NCBI GenBank assembly: GCA_023247825.1 | Contig: JAHFFR010000002.1 | Coordinates: 4,972-68,971 of the forward strand | Source of the DNA: Candidatus Omnitrophota bacterium | Lineage (GTDB): Bacteria; Omnitrophota; Gorgyraeia; Gygaellales; Profunditerraquicolaceae | Direction: 5' to 3' | DNA: 64,000 nt | Shown here: positions 18,161 through 28,491 of the stretch, piece after piece | Numbering within the stretch: position 1 is the stretch's first letter | How the letters are laid out: each line of letters starts with the position of its first letter | The notes under the pieces: model-generated | Seen by the model: only the letters and a program-made list of their open reading frames with translations | Told to the model about the DNA's origin: nothing | Databases searched by the model: none | Made by a program: the position numbers and the translations under genes

Positions 18161-18635
18161 CTTCTCTCACCTCTTCATAGGCTTGGATAATCCGGGGATT
18201 GCCCTTAAGCATCTTTAGCTGTTTCGGGGAATTAAGGTAACCGGCCAGATAAGCAATATAATCTTTGGCCTCCTGAGTATTTATTTTTTCATAAACATAC
18301 GGGCAATTCAGATCAACGGTCAGGAGCACTTTGCCTTTGCGCAAATTAATCAAAAAAGGATAGAGCCGGCATTCAAACGGCCGAATATCGTAAATTTTGC
18401 ATTTGTTATCCTGAATCTCCAAATACGGGCAAACAAAGCCTGCGCCATCAGGATTGGCAACCGGGCAAATGCGGCGGTTGATTGAAATCGAAGCAACGGG
18501 TATATCTTTTTTATCCAGCAACTCCTGGATCTCTTCGTCCAAAAGGCAGGGGCTCCATACGGAATCTGCTTCTTTAAACCGGCAGCAACCCTTGCATTTT
18601 ATACAAAACTCCGACGGAACGAATTGCTTGATCAT
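18123..18635 (-). CDS. YkgJ-family cysteine-cluster protein
   Basis: FCIKCKGCCRF CxxCxxCC cluster plus downstream Cys (CPYL, CKIY, CRLYPF). Confidence 0.7.
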   Translation of the reverse strand: MIKQFVPSEFCIKCKGCCRFKEADSVWSPCLLDEEIQELLDKKDIPVASISINRRICPVANPDGAGFVCPYLEIQDNKCKIYDIRPFECRLYPFLINLRKGKVLLTVDLNCPYVYEKINTQEAKDYIAYLAGYLNSPKQLKMLKGNPRIIQAYEEVREVAEINLKRPEAI

Positions 18636-18952
18636 TTAACAATGCTCCCGGGTTTTAATCTTTTATCCGGGCTGATTACCGCAAGCAGGCTTTCATCCGA
18701 ACCTGCCAGAATCATCCCCTGGCTTTCCACCCCGCGCAGGATTACCGGATCTAAATTATCAATTAAAACTACCTGCCTGCCCAGGAGCTCTTCTTTGGAG
18801 TAAAAATTTTTAATTCCCGCGACTACCTGCTTTTGCCTGTCGCCTAAATCTAGAATTAAAACTAATAATTTGTCGGCGTTCGGATGGTCATTAACTTCCT
18901 TTATTTGGGCTATCCTAAACTCTAACTTCCTGAAATCATCAATTGTTGCCAT
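18632..18952 (-). CDS. tRNA-binding domain protein (CsaA / MetRS beta-domain-like)
   Basis: 106 aa with HPNADKLLVLILDLGDRQKQVVAGI...VLRGVESQGMILA, the EMAP/CsaA OB-fold pattern. Confidence 0.75.
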   Translation of the reverse strand: MATIDDFRKLEFRIAQIKEVNDHPNADKLLVLILDLGDRQKQVVAGIKNFYSKEELLGRQVVLIDNLDPVILRGVESQGMILAGSDESLLAVISPDKRLKPGSIVK

Positions 18953-18964
18953 CCTGGCTCCTCT

Positions 18965-20479
18965 CTAAAACTTAAATTCCGCGTAAAATTCAATCTGATA
19001 TGCGTTATTTGCCGATCCATCGCCGCGCAGATAAGGAGTGAATAAACTGCCCTCTGTATCATCACGCCTTTCTTTATAAAACCTGCCCGGAAGAAAATAA
19101 CCGCCTAAAAAACCGACTGTCGTATGCGGGCTTACTTTATAGTCAACGAATAAATCCGCTTCATACCCTAAATCCCGGGAAAGATATTTCCCTTGGCCGT
19201 CTAAAACCCCTACCGGCCGGTTAAATGCCCTTAAATAATATCCGTATAAACTTACGCAGAGCTTGTCGGTAAAATTATAATCAAAGCCAACCGACGGCAT
19301 AATCAGGTTTTCAAAATCACCGGAAAAGAATGTTTTTGGCCTCGGTACCCCGTAATTTAAGCCATACCCTCCGCCCATCGCCACAATCGGAAGCATGTCC
19401 ACATTGCTGCTGCTTATAGTATCACTTAAATTCAAGTTTGTAGGGGAAGAATAACTAAAAGCGCGGTTTTTCCCTCCGACGTATTTAGTATCGCCATTCT
19501 CAGCCATATCCGGAGTGGCTTTATTCCCGGAGCATAATAAAAATTGTAATTCCGGGACAAATTTGCCCAGGGTATAATCTATACCGGAATAAAACATATA
19601 ACCGGTATGCGTGATATTTTTGTAGCTGCTATCCACGCTCCGGGCCAGGCCAAAATTATGCGCTGCCTCTAATTTTAAATTAAAATCCCCGGCATCATAT
19701 TCCCAGGCAGTACCGAGAGTCCCCAGGAAATCTCTATTAACGGGGGTAACAAAAAGATTGTCTCTTTTTCCTTCTGAAGTATAGTCTGCCAACATACCGA
19801 CATACGGCCAAAAGGTCTGTTTATCCAGAGTAATTTTAGTATCGGCAGCAAAAAAATTAGCTGCGTTAGGTTCGTATCTCTGGCCCTGCTCTTGGTCCTG
19901 TTTAATATGCGGGCCTAAATGATTCTTGTAAACTAAATCCGGCTTGCAATAATAAAGGCGCCAGATTAAATTTTGCGTTTCTTTATAAATGGTGAATCCG
20001 TAATTTTCATAATTGCCGCTTAAGCTAAAACCATTGCCGACTTCATAGGCATATAAACCTGCTTTAACCCTGTATCTATCAAAAAGTTTGGAGTCAAGCC
20101 AAAATTCCTCAACCTGCGGCAGCAATTCTGAATCGCGGTACCTCTCTACCCTGCCGCCGGAATTGATCAGCGTATTATGAATAAAAACCGGCGCGCTGTA
20201 ATCATAAGGGCCGTTACGCTCAAGCTTAAAATAAAACTTATTTCCCGAATCCTTAAAATCCGCCTTAAGCGCAAGGCTGTAATCTATGCCTAAATAAGCG
20301 GTATGATCATCTTTATTATGGCTGTCTAAATCCACCACATTCTTAAAACTTACCAAGTCCGCGCGGAAATAAGTGCTTAATGCCAGCGACAATTGCCCGG
20401 TATTAAGAAGCTCGTAGCCATATACGGAGGAAATAATGCTCGAGGCCAAGATAAAGGAAAAACAAATTTTCTTTATCAT
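18965..20479 (-). CDS. Outer-membrane beta-barrel protein (porin / alginate-export-like)
   Basis: Signal peptide MIKKICFSFILASSIISSVYG, alternating aromatic/Gly strand pattern throughout, and a C-terminal YAEFKF with terminal Phe. Confidence 0.55.
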   Translation of the reverse strand: MIKKICFSFILASSIISSVYGYELLNTGQLSLALSTYFRADLVSFKNVVDLDSHNKDDHTAYLGIDYSLALKADFKDSGNKFYFKLERNGPYDYSAPVFIHNTLINSGGRVERYRDSELLPQVEEFWLDSKLFDRYRVKAGLYAYEVGNGFSLSGNYENYGFTIYKETQNLIWRLYYCKPDLVYKNHLGPHIKQDQEQGQRYEPNAANFFAADTKITLDKQTFWPYVGMLADYTSEGKRDNLFVTPVNRDFLGTLGTAWEYDAGDFNLKLEAAHNFGLARSVDSSYKNITHTGYMFYSGIDYTLGKFVPELQFLLCSGNKATPDMAENGDTKYVGGKNRAFSYSSPTNLNLSDTISSSNVDMLPIVAMGGGYGLNYGVPRPKTFFSGDFENLIMPSVGFDYNFTDKLCVSLYGYYLRAFNRPVGVLDGQGKYLSRDLGYEADLFVDYKVSPHTTVGFLGGYFLPGRFYKERRDDTEGSLFTPYLRGDGSANNAYQIEFYAEFKF

Positions 20480-20542
20480 TGTTCCATAATATCACCGCGG
20501 ATAGAAAAACTCAAGACAAAGTAAAAGGAAGGGTAATTTGAC

Positions 20543-20621
20543 TGGCGGGGCCGACGAGATTCGGACTCGCGATCTCCTCCGTGACAGGGAGGCGCTTTAA
20601 ACCAGGCTAAGCTACGACCCC
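20543..20621 (-). tRNA. tRNA-Asp (anticodon GTC), CCA encoded
   Basis: Reverse complement GGGGTCGTAGCTTAGCCTGGTTTAAAGCGCCTCCCTGTCACGGAGGAGATCGCGAGTCCGAATCTCGTCGGCCCCGCCA folds as a cloverleaf. The anticodon loop is CTGTCAC. Confidence 0.9.
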
Positions 20622-20685
20622 AAATTATGAAGTTAGATTTTAACCTAAAACCTTAATGTTTGCAACAGGTTTTTATCTTTAAAAA

Positions 20686-20762
20686 TGGTGGGCGATAGAG
20701 GACTTGAACCCCTGACCCTCTGCGTGTAAAGCAGATGCTCTAACCAGCTGAGCTAATCGCCC
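20686..20762 (-). tRNA. tRNA-Val (anticodon TAC), CCA encoded
   Basis: Reverse complement GGGCGATTAGCTCAGCTGGTTAGAGCATCTGCTTTACACGCAGAGGGTCAGGGGTTCAAGTCCTCTATCGCCCACCA. The anticodon loop is TTTACAC. Confidence 0.9.
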
Positions 20763-20769
20763 GGAAAAA

Positions 20770-21228
20770 TTATGCTCCGGAGAGTTTCCCCAGAATAATC
20801 AGGGTAAACACCATGACTAAAATGGCTACGGTCTCGGCCATGCCCAACACTGCCAGATAATTTCCAAAACCTTTGCCGGTTTCACCCATCGCATCGCAGG
20901 CGCAGGCAGAGCACCTGCCTTGGAAATAAGCTGAAAGGCCTATGGCCGCGCCGCTTAGTGCCCCGATCCCCCAAAGATAATGCCCCTGATTAGCCAGCTC
21001 AACCATCTTGGTCATAACAATATTCCCATAGAGCGTCTGCGTAAGCGGCGCGGCAACTAAAGCCACCAGCAAAAATGAAGCGTTTTTATTTTGATTAAAG
21101 TTCTTCTTCCATGCGCCGATTGCCGCCATCCCGGCTACTCCGGCCCCTGCGCCGGAACCCAAAGCTGAAAGCCCCAACACTAACCCTAACCCCAAATCCT
21201 TAAACTGCATCAAAGCTCCGGTTTCCAT
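20770..21228 (-). CDS. V-type ATPase subunit K (proteolipid)
   Basis: 152 aa, four Gly/Ala-rich hydrophobic helices (GSGAGAGVAGMAAIG...), last gene of the V-ATPase operon. Confidence 0.85.
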   Translation of the reverse strand: METGALMQFKDLGLGLVLGLSALGSGAGAGVAGMAAIGAWKKNFNQNKNASFLLVALVAAPLTQTLYGNIVMTKMVELANQGHYLWGIGALSGAAIGLSAYFQGRCSACACDAMGETGKGFGNYLAVLGMAETVAILVMVFTLIILGKLSGA

Positions 21229-21248
21229 ATTGCTCTCCTTATATAATA

Positions 21249-23021
21249 TTATTTTTCTTTCTTAGAAAACGGTTTATACTCAAACCCGCTCCAGGAAACA
21301 TTGGCGTGGCTGCAAAATTCCAAAACATTAAGCCGCACGCCGTGCACCAATACAGACATTGGGCCTAAAATAAAATTCAAGGTATGCCCGGCGATCAAAA
21401 TCAATACGCAACTGATAATTGCCCCGGCATCTTTGGCGCCTCCACCGGCTGCCATCACATTAAAAGCATCGGCAATTGCAACCCCGGCAAGGCCCACTGC
21501 AAAAAGGCGCACGTAAGAAACAACATCTGTAAAATTATTTACCAGGCCTAAAGCAATCGCCGCCAGGCCTTCACCTATGCCTTTTAAGATGTTTTTCTGC
21601 GGACTGGTAAATAAAATTACCAAGCTTATCCCGCCATAGATTAACCACTTGCCAAATAGCGGAAACGGATCACCCAAGAGCAAATTCTTAGCCAGAAAAA
21701 AAGCCGCCCAGATTATACTGATCCAGCCTAAATCTGCTAACGCTATCAGCGCCGGAAGCTTAAGAGCCAGCCTCCAGGAATGCGCGATACTCAGGTGTAT
21801 TGCGCCTATTAAAAAACATAAAGCCTGGACAAAAAAGATATTGTTAAGCAACGGCACCAATGGCTTTATTCCCAGGTGCGCAAGCCATGCCTGGCCAAAA
21901 AATGTTCCCGAAATAACCCCCCATATAATAGCGCAAGAACTTAAGACATAAAAGAGAAAAATTGCCGTTTTGTCTTTGATCTTTTTGCCCATTTTTTTAT
22001 CTACGATAAAAGTAATAATAAGATACAGCAGCCCATACCCGGCATCACCAATAATTATGCCAAAAAATAAACTAAAAAATATAAGAAACAGCGGGCTGAT
22101 ATCCAATTCATTATACCCGGGCACAATTTCAAGCAGCTTTAATACCGGCCGGATAAGCTTAACCCAAGCCGGATTACGCACCAAGGTCGGCACGGCATCA
22201 TCTGCTCCGGGCGTAACTGTCAAAATTCCCCAATCATTGATTTTTGCCTGCTTCACCAGCATTTTCTCGGCATCTACCGGAACATACCCTTTCAAATAAA
22301 CAAGCTCCTCTGCCCGGCCCATGCCTTTTAAAACACTATAAAAATCTTTCTGGCTTAAAAAAGAATTTTCGGCGGAAATAAGCTCGTTTTGAAAAACGAG
22401 GTGCCCGGCAATCTCTTCTCTTATCTCCTGCATAATTTTTGCATCTTCGCTAATCCTATTCTGCATCTGGGACAATGATAATTTAGGCAATTCTATTTCT
22501 TTAAACCCGAGTTCGATATTACCCAGGCTTGCCGCCAAGCAATTTACCGCCCCATCTTCTGGAGAAATTTCTTTTAATACTATCTCATGCGCAAGGCCCT
22601 TAATTTTATCTTTGGGAATCTGATATAACCTTATAAACACATTTTCTTGCTGCAGGGCTTTTATCTGGGCGGGGTCAAAATCCCCCCAGTGCTCCCAAAG
22701 GTCTATGCCGCTATGCAAAGAGACGGAAAACTCCCTAAGCTGGTCATATCTTTTTTGCAAGTCAATAATATGACGGCATACAGTAATCCAGTCTTCCGGC
22801 GCATGGGCTATTTTTGCCGGCTGTTTCGGGCTTACCTGCGCCAAAACAGTACGGGCAGCTTCAATTAAATTTAGTTTTTCATTGATTTCATTAAGCTCAA
22901 TGCCCGCGGGGACATTCTCATGCTCAACATGCACTATGCCCAATTCACGCAAGCGCTCTAAGGCAGCCGGGCCGCTGTCATTATGCATCAGCAAAAAAAC
23001 TTTTTTCATAGCTACGATCAT
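21249..23021 (-). CDS. V-type ATPase subunit I (a-subunit homolog)
   Basis: 590 aa with a soluble N-terminal half and a multi-TM C-terminal half (SYVRLFAVGLAG, HGVRLNVLEF). Operon position is between D and K. Confidence 0.85.
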   Translation of the reverse strand: MIVAMKKVFLLMHNDSGPAALERLRELGIVHVEHENVPAGIELNEINEKLNLIEAARTVLAQVSPKQPAKIAHAPEDWITVCRHIIDLQKRYDQLREFSVSLHSGIDLWEHWGDFDPAQIKALQQENVFIRLYQIPKDKIKGLAHEIVLKEISPEDGAVNCLAASLGNIELGFKEIELPKLSLSQMQNRISEDAKIMQEIREEIAGHLVFQNELISAENSFLSQKDFYSVLKGMGRAEELVYLKGYVPVDAEKMLVKQAKINDWGILTVTPGADDAVPTLVRNPAWVKLIRPVLKLLEIVPGYNELDISPLFLIFFSLFFGIIIGDAGYGLLYLIITFIVDKKMGKKIKDKTAIFLFYVLSSCAIIWGVISGTFFGQAWLAHLGIKPLVPLLNNIFFVQALCFLIGAIHLSIAHSWRLALKLPALIALADLGWISIIWAAFFLAKNLLLGDPFPLFGKWLIYGGISLVILFTSPQKNILKGIGEGLAAIALGLVNNFTDVVSYVRLFAVGLAGVAIADAFNVMAAGGGAKDAGAIISCVLILIAGHTLNFILGPMSVLVHGVRLNVLEFCSHANVSWSGFEYKPFSKKEK

Positions 23022-23635
23022 GCTATCGCCCCTTCTAAAATAAACTCCTCAATTTTTCTCTTGGCAATTTTACTGCGGCCAACGGCATTGGCCATCTGGT
23101 CACCGATGTAAATCTTGATCAGCCGGATATTTTCTTCTGCCGAGGGTATTTTTACTTTTTCAAAAAGATTTACCCTCTGGGCGGTAATACGCAGTTGGTG
23201 GCGCAAGATAGAGATGCCTTCACCCAGCACCAAAATTGCTTTATTTAAAATAATAGCTTCTTTAAGGGCTTCAATTGCTAAATCCAGCCAGAGAGGCATG
23301 GCAAATAAATCATAATCTACTATATGGAATTCCACTGTATCAAATACGGGGATATCAGTGCCTGCAATATTTTTAAGGCGGGTAATTATTTTTTCCGGTT
23401 TTAAAAATAATTTTAAATCAACCTGCGGGTCGGCAAGTAACCCTGCCCAGGGTTCAATTGCCTGCCTTTTTTTAATAAGAATTTGCTTCTTTTCCTGGAG
23501 GAGAGAAGTTTGCTGCAGGATTTCCAGCTGCAGCTGCTGTTTTTTTAATTGCAGGGTAGGCAGGTAGCGCTGGAATTGCTTTAAAGCGTCGCGCTGCCTT
23601 TTTAATTCGCCTTTGGTAAGTTTTATCTTTGCCAT
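23018..23635 (-). CDS. V-type ATPase subunit D
   Basis: MAKIKLTKGELKRQRDALKQFQRYLPTLQLKKQQLQ long coiled coil, 205 aa, directly after subunit B. Confidence 0.85.
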   Translation of the reverse strand: MAKIKLTKGELKRQRDALKQFQRYLPTLQLKKQQLQLEILQQTSLLQEKKQILIKKRQAIEPWAGLLADPQVDLKLFLKPEKIITRLKNIAGTDIPVFDTVEFHIVDYDLFAMPLWLDLAIEALKEAIILNKAILVLGEGISILRHQLRITAQRVNLFEKVKIPSAEENIRLIKIYIGDQMANAVGRSKIAKRKIEEFILEGAIA

Positions 23636-24931
23636 TTACTCTTTCGGCCAGAACTGCTGGATAATGGAAAGTTTTATCCCTGTTTCTTCCGGGGTAAAAC
23701 AATCCGCTAAGATCTGCCAGCCTAAATCCAAAGCATTCTCCAGGGGAATATTTACCTTAAGCGACATCATATCCTTTTCAAAAAGTAAGCCGTATTTAAG
23801 TAATTTTTTATCCCAATCACTCATCTGAAACCCCATGGATTGCTTTTCCAGGGTTTCCCGGTAATCGGCAAAAAGCTGGATCATTGTATCCATGATGGTG
23901 CGGTGATCAAGCCGGGTTTTTCCGTTTACCTGTTGTTTTAAGCGGCTCAAAGAGCCGAACGGCTCAATGGCTCCGTCTTTCAGATAAAATTGGCCTTCAG
24001 TAATATAGCCGGTATTATCCGGCACAGGATGGGTAACGTCATCTCCGGGCATGGTTGTGGCTGAAAGGATGGTAATCGATCCGGCGCCCTCAAAATCAAC
24101 GGCTTTTTCATATCTTAAGGCAAGCTGGCTGTAAAGATCGCCGGGATACCCGCGGTTAGAAGGAACCTGCTCCATAGTAATGGAGACTTCTTTTAATGAG
24201 TCGGCAAAATTAGTCATATCCGTTAACAAAACCAAAACCCTTTTGCCTTTTAACGCAAAATCTTCTGCTACGGCCAAACTGATATCCGGCACCAACAAGC
24301 ATTCTACGGTAGGATCGGACGCGGTATGTATAAAGAATATGCAGCGGGAAAGCGCGCCATGCGCATTTAAAGTCTCGCGGAAAAAAAGATAGTCATCATA
24401 TTTTAGACCCATACCGCCTAAAATTATAATATCTATTTCTGCCTGAATGGCAATCCTCGCCAAAAGCTCGTTATACGGCTCACCGGCGATTGAAAAAACA
24501 GGGAGTTTCTGTGACTCTACCAAAGAATTAAAAACATCAATCATCGGGATGCCGGTGCGAATAATCTTATTTGGAATAATCCTTTTAACCGGGTTTACTG
24601 AAGGGGCTCCGATATCTACCATGTTTTCAGAAAGTAACGGCCCATGATCCAAAGGCAGCCCGCTGCCATTAAATATGCGGCCTAATAAATTTTCACCGGT
24701 GGCAACGTGCATTGAGCGGCCCAGGAACCTCACCCTGTCTCCCGTGGATATACCCCGGGAGCCTGCGAAAACCTGCAGGGATACTTTTTTAGAATCAATG
24801 CGGATAACCTGGGCCAGGGATACCCCGCGGCGGGTGGTAATCTGGGCAATATCCAAATAGCCTACGCCTTCGGCTTCAACCGTAATAACATCCCCGGAAA
24901 TTTGAATAATATTTGTATAAGCTTTTTGCAT
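23636..24931 (-). CDS. V-type ATPase subunit B
   Basis: Non-catalytic nucleotide-site homolog with [11 protein letters not shown] and [10 protein letters not shown] motifs, 431 aa. Confidence 0.9.
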   Translation of the reverse strand: MQKAYTNIIQISGDVITVEAEGVGYLDIAQITTRRGVSLAQVIRIDSKKVSLQVFAGSRGISTGDRVRFLGRSMHVATGENLLGRIFNGSGLPLDHGPLLSENMVDIGAPSVNPVKRIIPNKIIRTGIPMIDVFNSLVESQKLPVFSIAGEPYNELLARIAIQAEIDIIILGGMGLKYDDYLFFRETLNAHGALSRCIFFIHTASDPTVECLLVPDISLAVAEDFALKGKRVLVLLTDMTNFADSLKEVSITMEQVPSNRGYPGDLYSQLALRYEKAVDFEGAGSITILSATTMPGDDVTHPVPDNTGYITEGQFYLKDGAIEPFGSLSRLKQQVNGKTRLDHRTIMDTMIQLFADYRETLEKQSMGFQMSDWDKKLLKYGLLFEKDMMSLKVNIPLENALDLGWQILADCFTPEETGIKLSIIQQFWPKE

Positions 24932-24933
24932 TA

Positions 24934-26676
24934 CTATTCTGCCTTCCTTATTTTTTTCTCTTCCAAAAATATCTCTATCTGTTCTTCTGTTCTTTCAAAC
25001 TCCGGGCTATTATATTCCGCACAGTTCCAGGTGCGCATAAGCTGGCGCAGAGTTTGAAAGAAATGCAGGGCAGCCGGCTTATCGTCTAATTTATATTCTG
25101 AATCCAATATACCGCAAATAAATCCCAACAAATAAACCTGCCTTTCTTCGGTGGTTGCTTCATCAACCGCGTCAAAGGCATTCTGCTGCAGATAAACAAA
25201 ATCAAAAAATTCCCCCTTTAAATACTGGATGTAATCATTTAAAGACGTGCCTTCTTCGCCGATGACTTTCATCATCTGCGCAATCTCATGGCTACGGCGC
25301 AAAATAGCCCGGCCTTTTTCCTGATCTCCGGCCTTTACAAAGCTCTTATATTTGCTCCAGCTAATCAAAGAATCTATTGCCGGATATTTTCTGGCATCTG
25401 AGCGCTCGCGGGAAAGCCCATGAAAAGCGCCGACTACTTTAAGGGTAGCCTGGGTTACCGGCTCTTCGAAATTTCCTCCGGCGGGGCTGACTGTGCCGCC
25501 TATGGTTACCGAGCCATGATCGCCGCCATAAAGCCTGACTACGCCTGCGCGTTCATAAAAAGAAGCGATGCGTGATTCAAGGTATGCCGGAAAGGCCTCT
25601 TCTCCCGGGATCTCTTCCAGGCGGCCGCTCATTTCGCGCATCGCCTGGGCCCAGCGCGAAGTTGAATCTGCCAGCAGCAAAACATTTAAGCCCATCTGGC
25701 GATAATACTCCGCAATGGTTACTGCGGTATAAACACTGGATTCGCGGGCAGCTACCGGCATCGAGCTGGTATTGCAAATAATTACCGTGCGGTCAATAAG
25801 CGGTTTATTTGTACGCGGGTCGTTAATTTTAGGAAATGTTTTTAATGTCTCCACAACTTCTCCGGCGCGTTCTCCGCAGGCGGCGATAATTACAATATCC
25901 ACTTCCGCGTGCCGGCTGGTCAGCTGCTGCAAAACAGTTTTTCCCGCGCCAAACGGCCCGGGGATACAATATGTCCCTCCAAGTGAAACCGGAAACAGTG
26001 AATCAATCAGGCGCATTTTGGTAACCAGCGGCTGATGCGGCCTTAATTTCTCCGCATAGGCTCGAATTGGTATTTTTACCGGCCAGCTCTGCTGTAAAAA
26101 AACATCATGGATGTGCCCGTTGGCATCTTTAAGCCTGGCAATTGCATGCTTTAAATTATATTTACCCGCGGAAACAATACTTATTACTTCCAGGCTGCCG
26201 TTAAGCGCAAAAGGCGCCATAATATAGTGCTTAAAAATTTTCTCGGGGACAAAACCCAGCCAGCTGCCTGCCAGCACCTTGTCCTGCGGTTTTACTAAAG
26301 GCGTAAAATCCCACTTCGTTTCATTGCCAAGCGCCTCAAAATACACGCCCCGCTTTAGAAAAAATCCGCATTTTTCCGCCAGTGCCGGCAGGGGATTCTG
26401 CAGGCCATCAAAAATCTGGCCTAATAACCCGGGCCCAAGTTCTACGGAAAGAAGCTCGTTGCTAAACTCTACAAGGTCTCCGGCTTTTAAGCCTTGGGTA
26501 CTTTCATAAACCTGCATCTCTGCGTGATTGGCGCGCACGCGGATAACTTCGGCCTTCAGGCGCTCATGGCCGCGGATAATATAAGCCACCTCATTCTGGA
26601 TAATAAACCCGTCAATTTGGGCGGTAACCATGTTGGCATTAACATTAATTACTTTTCCGGTCCTCTTATTTTCCAT
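24934..26676 (-). CDS. V-type ATPase catalytic subunit A
   Basis: Walker [10 protein letters not shown], plus [16 protein letters not shown] and [10 protein letters not shown], 580 aa. Confidence 0.9.
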   Translation of the reverse strand: MENKRTGKVINVNANMVTAQIDGFIIQNEVAYIIRGHERLKAEVIRVRANHAEMQVYESTQGLKAGDLVEFSNELLSVELGPGLLGQIFDGLQNPLPALAEKCGFFLKRGVYFEALGNETKWDFTPLVKPQDKVLAGSWLGFVPEKIFKHYIMAPFALNGSLEVISIVSAGKYNLKHAIARLKDANGHIHDVFLQQSWPVKIPIRAYAEKLRPHQPLVTKMRLIDSLFPVSLGGTYCIPGPFGAGKTVLQQLTSRHAEVDIVIIAACGERAGEVVETLKTFPKINDPRTNKPLIDRTVIICNTSSMPVAARESSVYTAVTIAEYYRQMGLNVLLLADSTSRWAQAMREMSGRLEEIPGEEAFPAYLESRIASFYERAGVVRLYGGDHGSVTIGGTVSPAGGNFEEPVTQATLKVVGAFHGLSRERSDARKYPAIDSLISWSKYKSFVKAGDQEKGRAILRRSHEIAQMMKVIGEEGTSLNDYIQYLKGEFFDFVYLQQNAFDAVDEATTEERQVYLLGFICGILDSEYKLDDKPAALHFFQTLRQLMRTWNCAEYNSPEFERTEEQIEIFLEEKKIRKAE

Positions 26677-26678
26677 AA

Positions 26679-27209
26679 TTAATTCTGCGCTGCTGCGTTA
26701 AACAAATTTTCTTTATCCGCTTTTTGTATTTTATCCCAACGTTCCAGGATTTTAAGTTTTAGCGCGTAAATCAATAAAAAATCAAAATCAAAATAATGCC
26801 CGAAGGCCAAAGACTCCAGAAAATTCCATCTCTCCTGATCCAAAATTTTTTCTGCTTCCAGTATCGAGGTGCTTCTGTAAGCCGCCATTGCCACATGGCT
26901 GATATGCGCAACGGGTGAATCCGGAAGGCGCACAAATTTTAAAGGGTCGATTTTCTTTCTCCGGGCCCTGGCGCGGGCCAGCTCATTTCTTAAAGCTATC
27001 TCAAAATTAGCCCATTCAGATGAGGTATCCCCTGATGCAGTATTCAATAAATAAGCTTCTTGATAACAGGCATTGCGCAAAAGTTCAATCTTTGTTTCCG
27101 GAATCAACTCCCTGCATTTATTAAAAAAATCTTCCAGGCTAAACGGCAGCTTGGCCGAAAAATTAAGCATTGGGAGGCTGGAGATCAGGTATGTATAATA
27201 AGCGCCCAT
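26679..27209 (-). CDS. DUF2764-family protein (occupies the C-subunit slot of Bacteroidota/Chlamydia-type V-ATPase operons)
   Basis: N-terminus YYTYLISSLPMLNFSAKLPFSLEDFFNKC, with its position between E and A. Confidence 0.6.
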   Translation of the reverse strand: MGAYYTYLISSLPMLNFSAKLPFSLEDFFNKCRELIPETKIELLRNACYQEAYLLNTASGDTSSEWANFEIALRNELARARARRKKIDPLKFVRLPDSPVAHISHVAMAAYRSTSILEAEKILDQERWNFLESLAFGHYFDFDFLLIYALKLKILERWDKIQKADKENLFNAAAQN

Positions 27210-27812
27210 TTATTCGGATTTTATAATCTTGGCCAATTCTGGCCTTAAAGAGCCGGATATATACTCGGCCAAGGCTTGCGCGCTAAAATCAAAGATAGAT
27301 TTACCGGCATCAAAGCTAATCACAAATCCGCTATTAATCCCTTCGGCAGCCTTTAAAATTATTTGCTTCCTGGTTTCCTGAACTAACTGCTTTAAAAATC
27401 CTTTCTCTAATTTTTCCTTATCGTGCTGGCTTAAAGAAACTATAATCTCCGAACCTAAAGAAAGCGGCGCGTTTTTGATCAATGTCCCGATAATCCCGGC
27501 TAATTCTTCAACGGTTAAGGCTTTGTGCATATCCGCTTTAATCAGCCTATCCAGCATAGAACTAATTTCTTTCCTTAAGCTGATTAATAAATCCCGGCCT
27601 GCCTGTTTTAAAGAAGACAGGGTAGAATCCTCCAGCCTTTTTGTTTCAGTATTTGCCTGTTCGATAATTTCTTTGGCCTGTATTTTTGCATCGGCAATGA
27701 TTTTCCGGGCAGCTAAATCTGCTTCGGCTTTTATTTTTCCGGCCTTCTCCTCGGCCGCTCTTACGCCTTCGGCTTGAATCTTTGCGATCAAATCTTTAAT
27801 TTCCTGCGCCAT
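27210..27812 (-). CDS. V-type ATPase subunit E
   Basis: Long N-terminal charged helix (IAKIQAEGVRAAEEKAGKIKAEADLAARKIIADAK), 200 aa, first gene of the operon. Confidence 0.75.
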   Translation of the reverse strand: MAQEIKDLIAKIQAEGVRAAEEKAGKIKAEADLAARKIIADAKIQAKEIIEQANTETKRLEDSTLSSLKQAGRDLLISLRKEISSMLDRLIKADMHKALTVEELAGIIGTLIKNAPLSLGSEIIVSLSQHDKEKLEKGFLKQLVQETRKQIILKAAEGINSGFVISFDAGKSIFDFSAQALAEYISGSLRPELAKIIKSE

Positions 27813-28491
27813 ATAAATCTCCTAAAAATTCTTCTGTTTTTGCAATTGGATTATCTGCCTTTAAAATCGGCCGGCCGATGACTAGAAAATTACTCCCTGC
27901 TTTTACTGCCTGCCCGGCTGTAGCCGTCCTCTTCTGGTCATCCTTGGCGGAATTATCAGCCCTGATTCCCGGAGTAACAATTACAAAACTTTTCTTTATT
28001 TTGCTGCGTAAAACCGCTGCTTCTGCTACGGAACAAACTACGCCATCTAACCCGCAAGCCAATCCAAGCCGTGCTAATTTTAACACCTCTGACTGGCCGG
28101 CCTTTTGGCTGGTTAAAACCGTAACCCCGATTAAAAGCGGCCGGGCCAGCTTTAAAGCTTCCGCTTGGGTACCTGCCGCATCTACAGCAGCCTCAATCAT
28201 TTCCTTTCCTCCGGAAATATGCAAAGTAAGCATTTTCACTTTTTGGCGCACCGCTGCAGATACTGCCTGAGCAACAGTATTCGGAATATCAAAATATTTG
28301 AGGTCTAAAAAAACTTCGGCGCCGCGTTGACGCAGCATCTCAATAATCTGCGGGCCATAAGCAGTAAAAAGATAGCTGCCTACTTTAAAAATCTTTATTT
28401 TGGGATAAAGCTTGTCCACAAAATCCGCAGCACTTTCTATAGTATCCACATCCAGGGCAAGTATGATCTCCGGCGTGCTTAATCGTTGCAT
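27796..28491 (-). CDS. pyrF: Orotidine-5'-phosphate decarboxylase
   Basis: ILALDV, FLDLKYFDIPNTV and LVIGRPI motifs. Confidence 0.9.
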   Translation of the reverse strand: MQRLSTPEIILALDVDTIESAADFVDKLYPKIKIFKVGSYLFTAYGPQIIEMLRQRGAEVFLDLKYFDIPNTVAQAVSAAVRQKVKMLTLHISGGKEMIEAAVDAAGTQAEALKLARPLLIGVTVLTSQKAGQSEVLKLARLGLACGLDGVVCSVAEAAVLRSKIKKSFVIVTPGIRADNSAKDDQKRTATAGQAVKAGSNFLVIGRPILKADNPIAKTEEFLGDLYGAGN

